Shown: positions 36,248 through 49,458 of the stretch, in pieces
Position numbering within the stretch: position 1 is the first letter of the stretch
Layout of the letters: each line of letters starts with the position of its first letter
Source: Somniosus microcephalus
Lineage: Eukaryota
Direction of reading: 5' to 3'
Assembly: GCA_052327205.1 (NCBI GenBank)
Contig: CM126212.1
Coordinates: 142,910,001-142,974,000, forward strand
Length of the DNA: 64,000 nt
Made by a program: the position numbers and the translations under genes
Notes under the pieces: generated by a model
Database searches by the model: none
The model's input: the letters and a program-made list of their open reading frames with translations, nothing else
What the model was told of the DNA's origin: nothing

Positions 36248-39200
36248 TCAAAACCTGAAGTTTAATTTGTCACCTGTAACATATATTAATCGATTGTACT
36301 TTAAAAATTGGTTGTAAAATACTGTCCTTAAATTCCTTTCTGAATAAAACATCCACAGAGCCTTATAATGGTCTTTTAGCTTATATTTAAAATACTCTTT
36401 TAGATTGATTCTCCTCCCCTTAAAAAACAGAGCATTCCTTCTTTGCACAATCACGAATCTAGCCAAACTGAATATTAAATTAATTGCTGCTCCGCGAGAC
36501 TCTGGCAGACTCTCCTGCAATCCCCATCTCAAAATTGAGTCCCACGGGATTCCCATTCTCGCTGTTCGGTCCCCACCCAGCAAAAAAGCTTCACACAACT
36601 GTCGAACATAGTACTTAAAGTAATTTAACTGCGGACATAACACCAGTAAATGGGACAGGGTCTCATCCTGTGTCCCACACATTGGGCAAGTTGCCGCCTC
36701 CACTCGTCCAATCTTGCACAAGACCGTCATTGTAAAAGTCCGGTTATGAGCCAATTTGAAATCCAGTTCAATCCATTCTGGGCATTTAAAATTCGCCCAC
36801 ACTCCCTTCCAAATCCTGTTGAAGTCCAGCTGTGGGTATATACTCTGCCAAAACTCCTGACCAGCAGGTGTCTTGAATCTCCATTCTCTGAATACCTCAT
36901 AGAAATCTCGAGTGTTACAGTTGTCAAATTGGACTAACTCTCCCCCTTTCTCCAGTACAAAGCTTGGAAAAGCGGGACGCATTTTACTTCCTTTGGAGAT
37001 TTCCGCATTTATTTCTTCCATCCAATCCTGTGGCATTGCCCTCACAATCTTCTCATACATGCTTCCTATTGCTTTTCCTTCTACCTCCTGATCCTCCTCC
37101 CACACCATGTCCCTCATTATCGCTTCTGGCAACCAACCTGGAATCACCTCGTATAATACATCTTTCACCGATATAATCCCAGCTTTTATAAAAGCTTGAT
37201 TAAATAAAACCTCTCCTTCGATGTTGACCCACCTGTTCAAAAATAAGGGCTGTTCTAAAAATTCCTCAGCCCCCTTGGGCATAAACTGCACACTTTTTAA
37301 AAATTGAGCCCAAGTCTCTACAACCCCCTTATAAAACCTAGGGAGAAACTTAATCGATTTCAAAAACATATTGGCCTAGAAATTGAGTGGGCTTTGCGCC
37401 CATTTTGCGGCGCTAGAGGTCATTGCGCTGGACTTACAGCCGGTTCAGAAATTCCCTGGGGCCCTACCATCGGCGGTAGACCAGATGCGCTGCGCCGGCA
37501 CCGATGACGTCATCGGTGTGCGCAGCGTCCCGGTTGCCGTGGTGACGGGCCCCAGCGCCGAAATTGAGTTGCGGCCGCCTCGCCCATGGCAGCCGCAACT
37601 AAGACTCTGGCAACCGAGTCTTACAGGAGTTTGCGCCGGCGCATTAAGGTCGCGCGGCGGCCGGCCGCTTTCCCGCCGGCCGCCTGCCCGCACCTCCCTC
37701 CCCGGACTCCTCCACCCGCCCCCCGGTGGAACAGATGCTTCTGGGCTGCGAGCCCGGCACTTCCCCGAGGTGCCGGGCTCATTTTTGTGAAGATTTTACC
37801 GGCCAGCGGGCGGGTGCAGGCAGCTCCTCCTTAACTGAAGGAGGAGGCCTGCACTTCCCGAGCCTGCCGCACCGCATCGGGTGCCGCAGCGCTGGAATAG
37901 CGCCGCAATGCAGCAGGTAGCGCCCATTTTCAGGCGCAAACACCCTTCAGTAGCGCCGGCAGCCGTTTGGGCATGGCGCTACTGAATTTTTGGCGCGCGC
38001 AGGGGGACTTAGCGCCAGCGCTAACTTTCCGGCGCTAAAGCCCTGGCGCGGCGCCAACTGAATTTCTAGGCCATTATTCTATTCCATATACAATATCCCC
38101 TGCCCTCCTATCCCACTTCGTTTAAAAAAATGCTCAAAACAACTCTTCCAAAAACTTGAATTTGACTTCTCAAGAAATCTCTTCACCCATTTGATTCTAA
38201 AGGATTTTTTCTTCAAATCAATATCTGGGAAGTTGAGTCCTTCCTGATTTCTCCGTCTAATGATGGTATTGTAAGCCACCAAGGCTGGTTTCCCTTCCCA
38301 TAAAAACCTCACACAAGCCTCTCGGATGGACTTTTCTGCCCACTCAGGAATATCCTCCACCGTCAATAAGTACCATAGCTTAGATAGCAGGAGAGCAGAC
38401 ACCACTGTCGTTCTTCCTTGCACTTTCAACCACCTTCTTTCCCATCTTCCCAAAATCTTTTTAATTTTCATAACCTTCGGTTCCCAATTTAATTGATCCA
38501 CTTCTTCCCTGTCTTTCTTGCACCCCATGTGCACCCCCAGAACTTCCAAAACCTCCACCACCTTAAAGGGACATTCCCCCAACCATTCCCCCCTACCCCT
38601 CCCTGCAACCAGGCATTGGGACTTACTATAATTCACTCTGGCACCTGAAGCTCTACAATATTCCTCCACTACCTCCATAGCTTTCCTCACTGACTCCCCA
38701 TTTCTCAATGTTAAGGTTGTGTCATCTGCATATTGGTGTATCACCGACACCAGCCCGGAACTGGGTAACACAATCTCAACTACACCTTGTTTCTTTCGCA
38801 TCATGTAACCTAATGGTTCTGCTACCAATGTGTACAGCAGTGGGGACAGGGGACAACCCTGTCTCACTGATCTCTGTATCGGAAAACACTTAGATAAAAA
38901 ACCATTACATTTAACACAGCTAAATATGTTTGAATAAAAAATCCTTATCCACTGAATGAAATTTTCCTTGAAACCAAATGCTTCCAAAACCTTCAATAAA
39001 AACTCATGAGAGACCCAATCAAAGGCTTTCTCTTGATCTATCTTTAATACATAAGCCTCCCTCCCATTCTCTTCCATGAGTTCTATCGCATCTCGGATTG
39101 AGACCACAGAGTCTGCGATGTCCCGGCCTATGACTCCATAGGACTGAGAGGGCTAAACTATCTCCGGTAACACCTCCTTCAAACGATTTGCCATAACCCT

Positions 39201-40806
39201 CGCCAAGATCTTATAATCCACATTTAATAGTGTGATGGGCCTCCAATTCTTCAGATCCCGTCTATCCCCTTTATTTTTATATAAGCTAAGCTTATGAAAG
39301 CTCTCCTCATAGATGGGGCCAGGTTTCCCTCAATTTTAATTTCCTTAAAAACTTCTAAGAGCAATGGATGTAAAATCTCAAAAAATTCCTCATAAAATTC
39401 TGCACTTAGTCCATCGGACCCTGGGCTTTTTCCCCCCTTCATTCCACTTATTGCTATTTTTATTTCCGCTAATCCTACTTCTTTATCACGCATGCTTCTC
39501 TCATCCTCCTTTAAACCCTTTTCAATAAAAGCAGTAACCTTCTCCGTCTCCAAATTGGAAGTGTCTTCTTTTGTATATAGCTCTTGATAAAAGCTGCTAG
39601 CTGCCTCCAAAATCTCCTCACTTTCATGAATGATCTTCTCCCCAACCTTCAACTCCTCAATTAACGATAATCTCTGTCGCAGCTTCTCTTGCTCTAGAAA
39701 ATATCTAGTGCATCTTTCGCCCTCCAATGCATCTCTAGCCTTTGCACGGAGAATGGCCCCCTTGCATTTTTCAGCTTGCAATAATTCCCACTCTTCCTTT
39801 CGCACCCGGAACTTAGTCTCAGCTCCCTTATCCCCTCCGCCAACTGCTTTACAGACATCCGTAAACCTTTTGTTTATATTCTCTTCTCGATGCCGGTTAG
39901 CTGCCGCCCTCTTTTGCCCATAACGTACCGAAAAAACTTTTACCTCATATTTGAAATTGTCCCACCAAACTCTTCTTTCTTTCAAGAACAAAAGTTCCTT
40001 CCGAGCATTCTTTATTATATTTATAATCCCTTCTTTATAAGCACTTTCCTTCAGGTATTGATTGTTTAAAATCCACACCCCTGAACCGATCTTAACTCTG
40101 CTGTTCCTAATTCTAAGAACCAAAGCCGAGTGATCACTAAAAAATACTTTTTTATAATAAATCTCCATCACCTCCGAACTTAACCCTTCCCGCATTAACA
40201 CAAAATCTATTCGGCTCTGTTTTAAACATCACCCACCCAACCTGCTCTGGAGAACTCCCTTTTTATGGGGTTCCGGTCCCTCCATAAGTCTCTCAAATTT
40301 AAATTTGCCGTCATTTTTATTATCATCCCTCTGGAGTTATCCTCTTTAAAGGTCATCTGGGCTGAAATGTCCATCCAAGATAAAAATACATTAAAGTCCC
40401 CCACTATACAAGGATTTTCCACCTCTGCCACTTCAGTGAATAACCCCCGAAAAAACTCGCGACGCTTGCAATGGTCGTTCGGTGCATAGATATTAAAAAG
40501 ATCACAATTAAATCCCTCCAATTTTACCCTTAGCCGTAAAAATCTCCCTTCAGTTTCCTTGTCCACCAAGGCAACATTCTCTTCTATGGACGGACTCACC
40601 AAAACAGCCACCCCTCTACGGTTATTGTTTGCACAACTTGCAAACACCTCTCCCTTCCAAACCTTCTGAACTCTTTCTAGAATATCCTCATCCCAAAAGG
40701 TTTCTTGCAGACACAAGAAGTCCGTGCCTTTAAAACCCTGCAACAACTGCTGCAATTTCTTCTCACCTCTCAGTCCGTTCACATTGATCGAGACCAATGT
40801 AATCAT
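36248..40806 (-). pseudogene. Tx1 ORF2 (APE endonuclease, RT, C-terminal zinc knuckle), disrupted by frameshifts, stops and a MITE
   Basis: SINVNG, LQET, GDFN, SDH, KSPGSDG, QGCPLSP, YADD, CPMCGTQDETLSHLLVLC. Confidence 0.92.
37373..38072. mobile_element. 700-bp GC/CpG-rich Harbinger-type MITE inserted in Tx1 ORF2
   Basis: TIR GGCCTAGAAATT / AATTTCTAGGCC, 3-bp TSD ATT; empty site visible in Tx1 copy 2 at ~55020. Confidence 0.92.
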
Positions 40807-42479
40807 GGAATCTCTGGCTCTTCCCTCCTCTCCTGCTCCTTCTCAACTTTTCGGGCAGCTGTTGCTTTTTCCTGCAGCCTCCAGCACTTTTTCCCCTCCT
40901 GTTTGACCCCTCCCTGCTGTTTCAGCCTCTTCCTTGCCTTACGTTTGGACCCAGGAGCTGCCCTTTCTCCCTCCTTCTGCCCCTCACGAACCTTTCCCTT
41001 TCCACATGATGCCACCCCATCCCCGACTTCCATGTCTCTGTCCCCCTCTAATACCTCACACTCAAGCTCTTCTGCAACCCCCTGTGCCTGCTCCCCGTCA
41101 GATACATAATCCTGCTCCCCGTCAGATACTTCCTCTCCCTTAGAGAGTCTTCCTGCTATTGCAGTTTCTCCCACTGTGCCGCCCCCTTCGACCACATCTC
41201 CACCTCTGACCCTTGCACCTTGTTCCCTCACTCCATGGGACAATGGCGCACATAAATTGTTCCCTTCCGATGTCTCTATCGCGCCGATCCCATTCTGCTG
41301 TCCCTTTAAGACTCCTGCCTCTTGCACCTTCTCCCCGCCCTGCCCCCTCACCAAAATATCCAACTCCCCGCCTCTCCCCGGACCACTCACTTCCACCACA
41401 CACCCCGCTCCTGCCTCCTCTCCCCCTGCAGACACCAGACTCCCCAGGGGGAGCCGAACTGCACTAAGGCTCGAGTCTGCACTCGATCCTCGCTGCCCGC
41501 AGCTGTCTTTGTTCCCCTCCATAGCACTTGCCGTGTTTTCCACCATCTCCCTCTCGATCTCCGCTCCGACATCCTCTGCCTCTTCCTGTGCTCCTTTTTC
41601 CTTCATTTTACTGGCTGTGTCCTCCGACTGCACCGCACCTCCGGCCTTTCCACACTCCTCTCCTGCTCCTCCTCCCATCTCCTCATCACTCATTTCGCTC
41701 CCTTCTGCCACACACTCACAGCAGGTGGGGCCTTTACGACACACCCCACAGCTCTCCGCCTTGCAGCTCCGCGCGATATGTCCCGACTCACCGCAATTGT
41801 AACAATACAAATCAGGACAATTTCTTACGAGATGGTCATGTCCCAGACAATAGTAACACACCTTTACTTGGTTATCGTGCAGCACACGAAAGTACTGTAC
41901 TCCTTCCAGTGTCTCGAACTTCATACTGTACAGCAAAGACCTCACCCCCTCTGGGAACCGCACCTTTACATACCGGGTTCCGTCTGCTACCCGTGTTCCC
42001 GGATAGTACCTCCTCTTTATTTCGGAACAGATTTTAATGTCCCACGACTCCAACTTTTTGCTCAGCACTTCGTCCTCGATGTACACAGGCAAGTTCAAAA
42101 ATGAAACCACCACCTCCTCTGAATATAGCAGAGTCACCTCCAAGAATTTCTCATCAACTTTCAGACTGAGCAGCAGTTTTTCCACCTCCTCACGGCCACT
42201 GACCGTCACCTCAAATCCCACATTTGGTTTTGGTCGGCAGGCAAAATAGCTTCCCTCGCCACAGTCCTCATGCACCGCCTGGATTATATCCCAGGCTTGA
42301 ATCTTCTTATCTTCACATTGCACCACCACCGTATTTTCTTTACCAAACCTCCTGAGGTCCCGGCCCAAATCTTTGGGCCTTTTTTTTCCCCTTTCCACCA
42401 CAGTTTCTTCCCTAATAAAATTCCTCTCGGGAATATTGTCCTCTGAGGGGCCCGGCACTCCGGACCCCTCAGCAGCCAT
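40803..42479 (-). CDS. Tx1 ORF1, gag-like protein (ZCCHC3-like, zinc knuckles), open in this copy
   Basis: VADGTRYVKVRFP, CYYCLGHDHLVRNC, CYNCGESGHIARSC; first ATG at 42479. Confidence 0.85.
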   Translation of the reverse strand: MAAEGSGVPGPSEDNIPERNFIREETVVERGKKRPKDLGRDLRRFGKENTVVVQCEDKKIQAWDIIQAVHEDCGEGSYFACRPKPNVGFEVTVSGREEVEKLLLSLKVDEKFLEVTLLYSEEVVVSFLNLPVYIEDEVLSKKLESWDIKICSEIKRRYYPGTRVADGTRYVKVRFPEGVRSLLYSMKFETLEGVQYFRVLHDNQVKVCYYCLGHDHLVRNCPDLYCYNCGESGHIARSCKAESCGVCRKGPTCCECVAEGSEMSDEEMGGGAGEECGKAGGAVQSEDTASKMKEKGAQEEAEDVGAEIEREMVENTASAMEGNKDSCGQRGSSADSSLSAVRLPLGSLVSAGGEEAGAGCVVEVSGPGRGGELDILVRGQGGEKVQEAGVLKGQQNGIGAIETSEGNNLCAPLSHGVREQGARVRGGDVVEGGGTVGETAIAGRLSKGEEVSDGEQDYVSDGEQAQGVAEELECEVLEGDRDMEVGDGVASCGKGKVREGQKEGERAAPGSKRKARKRLKQQGGVKQEGKKCWRLQEKATAARKVEKEQERREEPEIP

Positions 42480-43780
42480 CTGGCTGTTTTTTGTGGGGCA
42501 AAAAGGCCCTAAAACCTGAAAACAACACCCCAAAATCCTCCACCAACTTTTTACAAAACTTCCTCCAACACCCAGCTGCAATTAGGCAACCAGTCACACC
42601 TGGCTCACTCCTAGCCCCTCCCACCTAGAGAGTGCTACCCACTGAGCCACAGTTAATAATTGGAGGGCTGACATGTCTGCAGGACTCCAAGGTACAGAAC
42701 CCAACAGCAAGTGCTACCAGTTTGGCGGGGGGGGCACTATTAAACTTTTCTGTCAGCGGTACTGTTCATCAGAGGTGCCTAGCGAATACCCACCCCCCGC
42801 CCAACTTGAGGAATGTTTCACTGCCTGCAACCACAGCTGGTTCAGCTCCTCCACATTACAGGACTCCCCCCCACCCCCCGTGATGCTCTTGGCGTCAGAA
42901 GCATTCCTGTCGTATAAAAGGGCCCATTGGCTTTTACTCTCGTCAGGTGTGATATACCATTATAGGGAGGAGGATTTTCCTCTTCAGTTGTGAGAGTTTG
43001 ACCCAGGTGGGGTGGCATGGGAAGGGAGCCATTTTGCAGGCCAGTGGGCAAGTGCAGGCATTCCCACGATCTTCTGCCACGAGACCTTGAATGTCCCTGA
43101 CTTCAACGTCATAGTGACACTAAACACAAGTAATGTCGTCCGGCTCCTAGTGTGCATTGTTGCTCAGGGCCGGCAGAAGCCCCTCCCAAAGTTTACATCA
43201 GTTAGTTCACTCCTTCCCCCATGGATGTTTTAAACACTGCCCACAGAAACGGAGGCTGCCTTCGCCTCTCCGCAGGCCTCAGGTTCCGCTTTGCTGGTAC
43301 AGGTGCACAAGGCCTACAGCGGCCATTTCCCCTTCCTCTCCACCTCCCCATCCAAAGGTGGGCCCCCCTGGCACAGCTGGGAATCCAGAGGGAAATATTT
43401 CAATGAAGCGAGATTCACTGGGGTCAGTGGCATGTTCTTTGTCCATATACCTCAGTCAATTGGAAGTTTCCTTATTCTTATATATGTTGATATTTTATGG
43501 TCTTGTGTATAAAAAGATTAGGCCCATCCCCATCTACAGAGCCCTGTCCTGCCACTTTGATTTTGGATTTGGCAAAAGTTGCCAAGCTTAGCGGGAGCGG
43601 AGGAGAGAGAGAGAGGGGGGACCACGCCTGTCCCATGTGTATTAAATAGCAATGAGGTGGCCTACACGGGTCAGAGAAAAGGGGGGCAAAATTATGTTCA
43701 GTTCCAAGATGGTGGCTCTGACAAAGGGAGAGCAGCATTCCTCCTTTATTCACGAGTGCTCCCCCCCATCATCAGGGATT

Positions 43781-46700
43781 AAACATAGAAGATAGGAGCA
43801 GGAGTAGGCCATTCGGCCCTTCAAGCCTGCTCCGCCATTCAATGTGATCATGGCTGATCATCCAAATTCAGTACCCTGTCCCTGCCTTTTCCCCATATCC
43901 CGTGATCCCTTTAGCCTCAAGAAATATATCCAACTCTTTCTTGAATATATTTAATGAACTAGCCTCCACCGCCCTCTGTGGCAGAGAATTCCACAGGTTC
44001 ACCACTCTCTGGGTGAAGAAATTCCTCCTAATTTCAGTCCTAAATGGCTTACCCCTTATCCTTAGACTATGACCCCTGGTTCTGGACGCCCCGGCCATCA
44101 GAAACATCCTTCCTGCATCTAGTCTGTCCAGACCTGACAGAATTTTATAGGTTTCGATGAGATCCCCTCTCAATCTTCTAAACTCCAGTGAGTATAAGCC
44201 CAATCGACACAATCTCTCCTCATACGTCATTCCTGCCATCCCAGGTATCAGCCTGGTGAATCTTCGCTGCACTCCCTCCATGGCAAGAACGTCCTTCCTC
44301 AGGTAAGGTGACCAAAACTGCACACAATACTCAAGGTGCGGTCTCACCAAGGCCCTGTACAACTGTAGCAAGACATCCTTGTTCCTGTACTCGAACCCTC
44401 TTGCTACGAAGGCCAACATACCATTTGCCTTCTTAACCACCTGCTGCACCTGCATGCTTACCTTCAGCGACTGGTGCACAAGGACACCCAGGTCTCTTTG
44501 CACTTCCCCTTCTCCCAATCTATTGCCATTCAAATAATAATCTGCCTTCCTGTTTTTGCCACCAAAGTGGATAACCTCACATTTATCCACATTATAGTGC
44601 ATTTGCCATGTTTCTGCCCAATCACCCAACCTGTCCAAATCGTACTGGAGTTTCCCGACATCCTCCTCGCAGATTACCCTCCCGCCCAGCTTTGTGTTGT
44701 CTGCAAATTTGGAGATATTACATCAAATTCCCTCGTCCAGATCATTAATATATATTGTGAACAGCTGGGGTCCTAGGACCGATCCTTGCGGTACCCCACT
44801 AGTCACTGCCTGCCACTCGGAAAACGACTCGTTTATTCCAACTCTTTGCCTTCTGTCCGCCAACCAGTTCTCTATCCAAGTCAATACCTTGCCCCCAATC
44901 CCATGTGCCTTAATTTTGCACGCTAATCTCTTGTGTGGGACCTTATCGAAAGCCTTCTGAAAGTCCAAATACACCACATCCACTGGTTTTCCCCTATCTA
45001 TTTTACCAGTTACATCCTCAAAAAATTCCAGTAGATTAGTCAAGCATGATTTACCTTTTGTAAATCAATGTTGACTTTGTCCGATCCTGTCACTGCTTTC
45101 CAAGTGCTCTGCTATTACATCTTTTATAATAGACTCTAGCATTTTCCCCACTACCGATGTCAGGCTTACCGGTCTATAATTCCCCGCTTTTTCTCTACCA
45201 CCTTTTTTGAATAGTGGGGTAACATTAGCTACCCTCCAATCCATGGGTACCGTTCCAGAGTCTATCGAGTTCAGGAAGATGACCAGTAATGCATCTACTA
45301 TCTCCAGGGCCACTTCCTTAAGTACCCTGGGATGTAGACCATCAGGCCCTGGGGATTTATCGGCCTTCAGTCCCATCAATTTTCCTAACACCATTTTCCT
45401 ACAAATACTGATTTCTTTCAGTTCCTCTCTTTCATCAGACCCTATGTTCCCCGGCATCTCTGGGAGGTTATTTGTGTCCTCCTTTGTGAAGACAGAACCA
45501 AAGTATGTATTTAGTTGGTCTGCCATTTCCTTGTTTCCCATTATAAATTCCCCTGATTCTGACTGTAAGGGACCTACGCTTGACTTCACTAATCTTTTTC
45601 TCTTCACATATCTATAAAAGCTTTTACAGTCAGTTTTTATGTTCCTTGTTAGCTTACTCTCATATTCTATTTTCCCTTTCTTAATTAATCCCTTTGTCCT
45701 CCTTTGTTGACTCCTAAACTGCTCCCAATCCTCAGGATTATTGCTTTTTCTAGCCAATTTATATGTCCTCTCCTTGGATCTTATGCTATCCCTAATTTCC
45801 CTTGTTAGCCACGGTTGAGTCACCTTTTTTGTTTTATTTTTATGCCAAACTGGGATGAACAAATTCTGTAGCTCATCCATTCGGTCTTTGAATGTTTGCC
45901 ATTGCCTATCCACCATCAACCCTTTGAGCGCCATTCCCCACTCAATCCTACCCAACTCGCTCCTCAGACCATCGTAGTTTCCTTTATTTAAATTGAGGAC
46001 CCTTGTCTCTGAGTCAACTACTTCATTCTCCATCTTAATGAAGAATTCGATCATATTATGATCGCTCCGACCCAAGGGGCCTCGTACAACAAGATTGCTA
46101 ATTAATCCTTTCTCGTTACATAATACCCAGTCTAAGATGGCCTGATCTCTGGTTGGTTCCTCGACATATTGGTCCAGGAAACCATCCCGTAAACACTCCA
46201 GAAATTCCTCCTCCACAGTATTGTTACTAATTTGGTTGGCCCAATCTATATGTAGATTAAAGTCACCCATGATGACTGCTGTGCCCTTATTGCACGCTTC
46301 TTTAATTTCCCTTTTAATGCCATCCCCAACCTCCACCTTACTGTTTGGAGGTCTATATACCACTCCCACTAATGTTTTTTTCCCCTTAGTATTTCTCAAT
46401 TCTACCCATACAGATTCCACATCATCAGAGCTAATATCCTTTATTACAATTGTATTAATCCCTTCTTTAACCAGTAATGCTACCCCACCTCCCTTTCCTT
46501 TTTGCCTATCTTTCCTGAATATCGAATACCCCTGGATGTTGAGTTCCCAGTCTTGGCCATCCTTGAGCCACGTTTCTGTAATCCCAACCAAATCGTATTC
46601 GTTTACCTCTATTTGCGCAGCCAATTCATCCATCTTATTACAAATGCTCCTCGCATTAAGACACAAAGCCTTCAGGCTTGTTTTTTTAATGCTCTTAGGC

Positions 46701-47565
46701 CTATTAGAATTATTATTTACTGTGGCCACGTTTGATTTAAACCGTTGATTTCTCTGACTGCCACTTTTGTTTTTCTCCTTCCTATCTTTTGCTTTTATCC
46801 CTGTTTTCCTTTCCTCTGTCTCCCTGCTCAGGTTCCCAACCCCCTGCCATTTTAGTTTAAACCCCCCCGAACAGTGCTAGCAAACCTCCCCGCAAGGATA
46901 TTTGTCCCGCTCTGGTTCAGGTGCAACCCGTCTGACTTGTACAAGTCCCACCTTTCCCAGAAGCAGGCCCAGTGATCCAGGAAACTAAAGCCCTCCCTCC
47001 TGCACCAACTCTTTAGCCACGCATTCATCTGCTCTATCCTCCTATTCCTATACTCACTAGCACGTGGCACCGGGAGTAATCCAGAGATCACAACCTTTGA
47101 GGTCCTGCTCTTTAATCTGCTACCTAGCTCCCTAAATTCTTGTTGCAGGACCTCATCCCTCTTCCTACCTATGTCATTGGTCCCAATGTGAACCACGACC
47201 TCTGCCTGTTCACCCTCCCCCTTCAGAATGCCCTGCAGCCGTTCAGTGACATCCTTGACCCTGGCACCAGGGAGGCAACAAACCATCCTGGAGTCACGTC
47301 TACGGCCACAGAACCGTCTATCTGTTCCCCTTACGATAGAATCCCCTACCACTATTGCTCTCCCACTCTTTTTCCTCCCTTCCTGAGCAGCAGCAACACC
47401 CCCGGTGCCAGGAAGTTGGCTGCTGCTGCCTTCCTCTGGTGACTCATCCCCCTCAACAGTATCCAAATTGGTATACCTGTTTGAAAGGGGGATGGCCACA
47501 GGGGTCTCCTGCACTACCTGCCTGCTTCTACTGCTCCACCTGGTGGTCACCCATTTCCCTTCTGG
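43781..47565 (-). mobile_element. CR1 LINE (subfamily A), 5'-truncated in ORF1, ORF2 nearly intact
   Basis: ORFs 46852-47589 (esterase), 45065-46729 (endonuclease plus RT start), 44723-45043, 43868-44638. Confidence 0.95.
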
Positions 47566-47970
47566 GATTGTGAGGCTGCTGCAGAACATTCATGCTTTGC
47601 CCCTGCTGCAAGCTCCAAATTTTGTGCACCATAAATTTCAATAGTTTTACAAGCCCCGTTTGACGGACCCGTTACTCCGTTCTGCTCCTGCTATCCCAAA
47701 CACGCCATTACGATACACGCTAAACGTGCCTTTGCCCAGCAACGTGAGCTGCAGTCAAGGTCAGCCTGTATTTGAAAAATATCAGTATCTCGCCCTCCAA
47801 GTAAATCATGCTCACTACATCCTTTCATTTTGAGAGTTTAGTAATGCACAGTAAATTAAATTGCAATGCTTTGTCGTATTTTAAGAAACATTAAATAATT
47901 AATATTAAATTTTTGACGTGCTCATGTCAGGATATTACAGTTTAGATATGGTGTAAAATTTTATTTACAT

Positions 47971-48084
47971 TGCATCTAATCCATACTTTACCTGACCTGA
48001 GAGTGCTTGATAGGGCAGAGTAAAAATCCCTCTACACTGCCCTGTCAAGCACTCCAAGGTCAGGTACAGTGCAGGTTAGATGCA
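47971..48084. repeat. Imperfect ~114-bp palindrome (head-to-head repeat units)
   Basis: TGCATCTAATCC...GGGCAGAGTA / TACACTGCCC...GGTTAGATGCA. Confidence 0.75.
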
Positions 48085-48489
48085 AAATAAAACTCCCTTA
48101 TGCTCTGTCTAATATACTCCGGCCTATGCATTACCCTGTGTAATATAATAATCTTGCCTTTGTTATCCAGCAGGACGACAGACTTTAGCCTGCTCATTAT
48201 CTTGCATGGTGAGAAGGTGGATCGGTGGAACTCATCGATCGAAACACATCAATTACAAAATGAGATATAGAAGCATACCCTAAAAATGGGTTGATTGTGC
48301 AGTGTTACTGACTACCTCTCTCCTAGTGAGATAAGCACTTTCTGAGCAGTTGCAGTTTGTTTGTGAGATGTGATGGTTTTGGTGCAAGGCGCCTTTGGTG
48401 TGCAAATGAGCCGTAACTGGAAATCTGACACCGAGAGTTTGCCTTAAATTGGCAATTCTAAGTACCTGGGAGTAATGTGCTGCTAAAAA

Positions 48490-48830
48490 AATAAACCAGA
48501 AAATGCTGGAAATACTCAGCAGGTCAGGCAATATCTGTGGAGAGAGAAACAGAGTTAATGTTTCAGGTCGATGACCCTTTGTCAGAACTGGAAAAAGCTG
48601 GAGATCGAACAGGTTTTTAAGCAAGGGCAGGGAAAGGGTGGAGGAGAGGACTTCATCTAGAGCCATCTTTTGTTTCTTAACTTGTCGCATTACCATCTCC
48701 TTTTGCCTTGCACCATCTCTTAATGTCTCTTAATCTCTCCTGCCTTCCATCCTATCACAGACCTTCCCTTTTGTTTTTTACTCCCCTCCCCCCTTTCTCT
48801 GCCCTTGCTTAAAAACCTGTTCGATCTTTA
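48490..48830 (-). mobile_element. Penelope-derived fragment with hammerhead-like motif (~48554-48585)
   Basis: Same arm sequence as 2396-2453; minus strand CTGACAA-AGGGTC-ATC-GACCT-GAAAC. Confidence 0.65.
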
Positions 48831-49458
48831 CTTTACAAGTACTTAATTAGCTGTAAAGCACTTTGGGACATCCTGAGGTCATGAAAGGCGCTATATGAAT
48901 GTAAGTCTTTCTTTTCTTTTAAATAAAGTATGTGTACAGTGATTTTCAGGCTGCATATTTTATCTCAAACTTTAGCAAATTATTCTCTTTAGTCAGAATC
49001 AGCAATTGGCCCATTTTCCCCCTAGAAATTCACTCAGTTTTCTTCTCTGTAACATGGCTAGTCTGTCACCTTGGCAATGATGTATCAAAACAGGCACTAC
49101 GCAGCAGTCCCATCGGACCCTTGGAGAATCTTCCCTTCCAAATGACAACCAGACACCCTTTTGTTGAGGACTACATGCCGAGGTGGGCTGTGCCAACCTT
49201 GAAGGACTGTATGCCAACCCAAGCCAAAGATAAGCTCCTCCCCCCACTGTCCTGCCCCCCTGCTCCCCTCCCCCCCATCAAATGAGTGGCCCACAAGGTT
49301 CTGCCCATTTGATTTCATCCTTCCAAAGTACCAACCCCCCCCCTACCCCCCGCCCAACATTCCAACACAGCATAGTTATCCTGGCCTCAGCCATCCCAGC
49401 TACTGGTCATCCTCTGTGTAATTAAATACTTCATGACGTCTGTCCTTGCCTTACAATG

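Larger units (their letters stand above)
36128..42627 (-). mobile_element. Full-length Tx1-clade (L1 group) non-LTR retrotransposon, copy 1
   Basis: ORF1 with CCHC knuckles, ORF2 APE-RT-zinc knuckle, AATAAA plus A-tail, imperfect 16-bp target duplication (42628-42643 / 36112-36127). Confidence 0.93.
35678..42653 (-). mobile_element. tRNA-headed SINE split by Tx1 copy 1 (head 42628-42653, remainder 35678-36127)
   Basis: CTGTGGCTCAGTGGGTAGCACTCTC | LINE | AGTGGGCAGCACCCTCGCTTCTGAGTCAGAAGG... Confidence 0.9.

Noticed and set aside
40705-42249. Antisense ORFs over Tx1 ORF1 (mirrored at 50813-52165)
   Set aside because: Shadow frames of purine-rich coding sequence; their recurrence only reflects copy identity
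42660-43780. Possible MITE or other repeat fragments between Tx1 copy 1 and CR1
   Set aside because: No paired termini, TSD or protein motif could be established by eye
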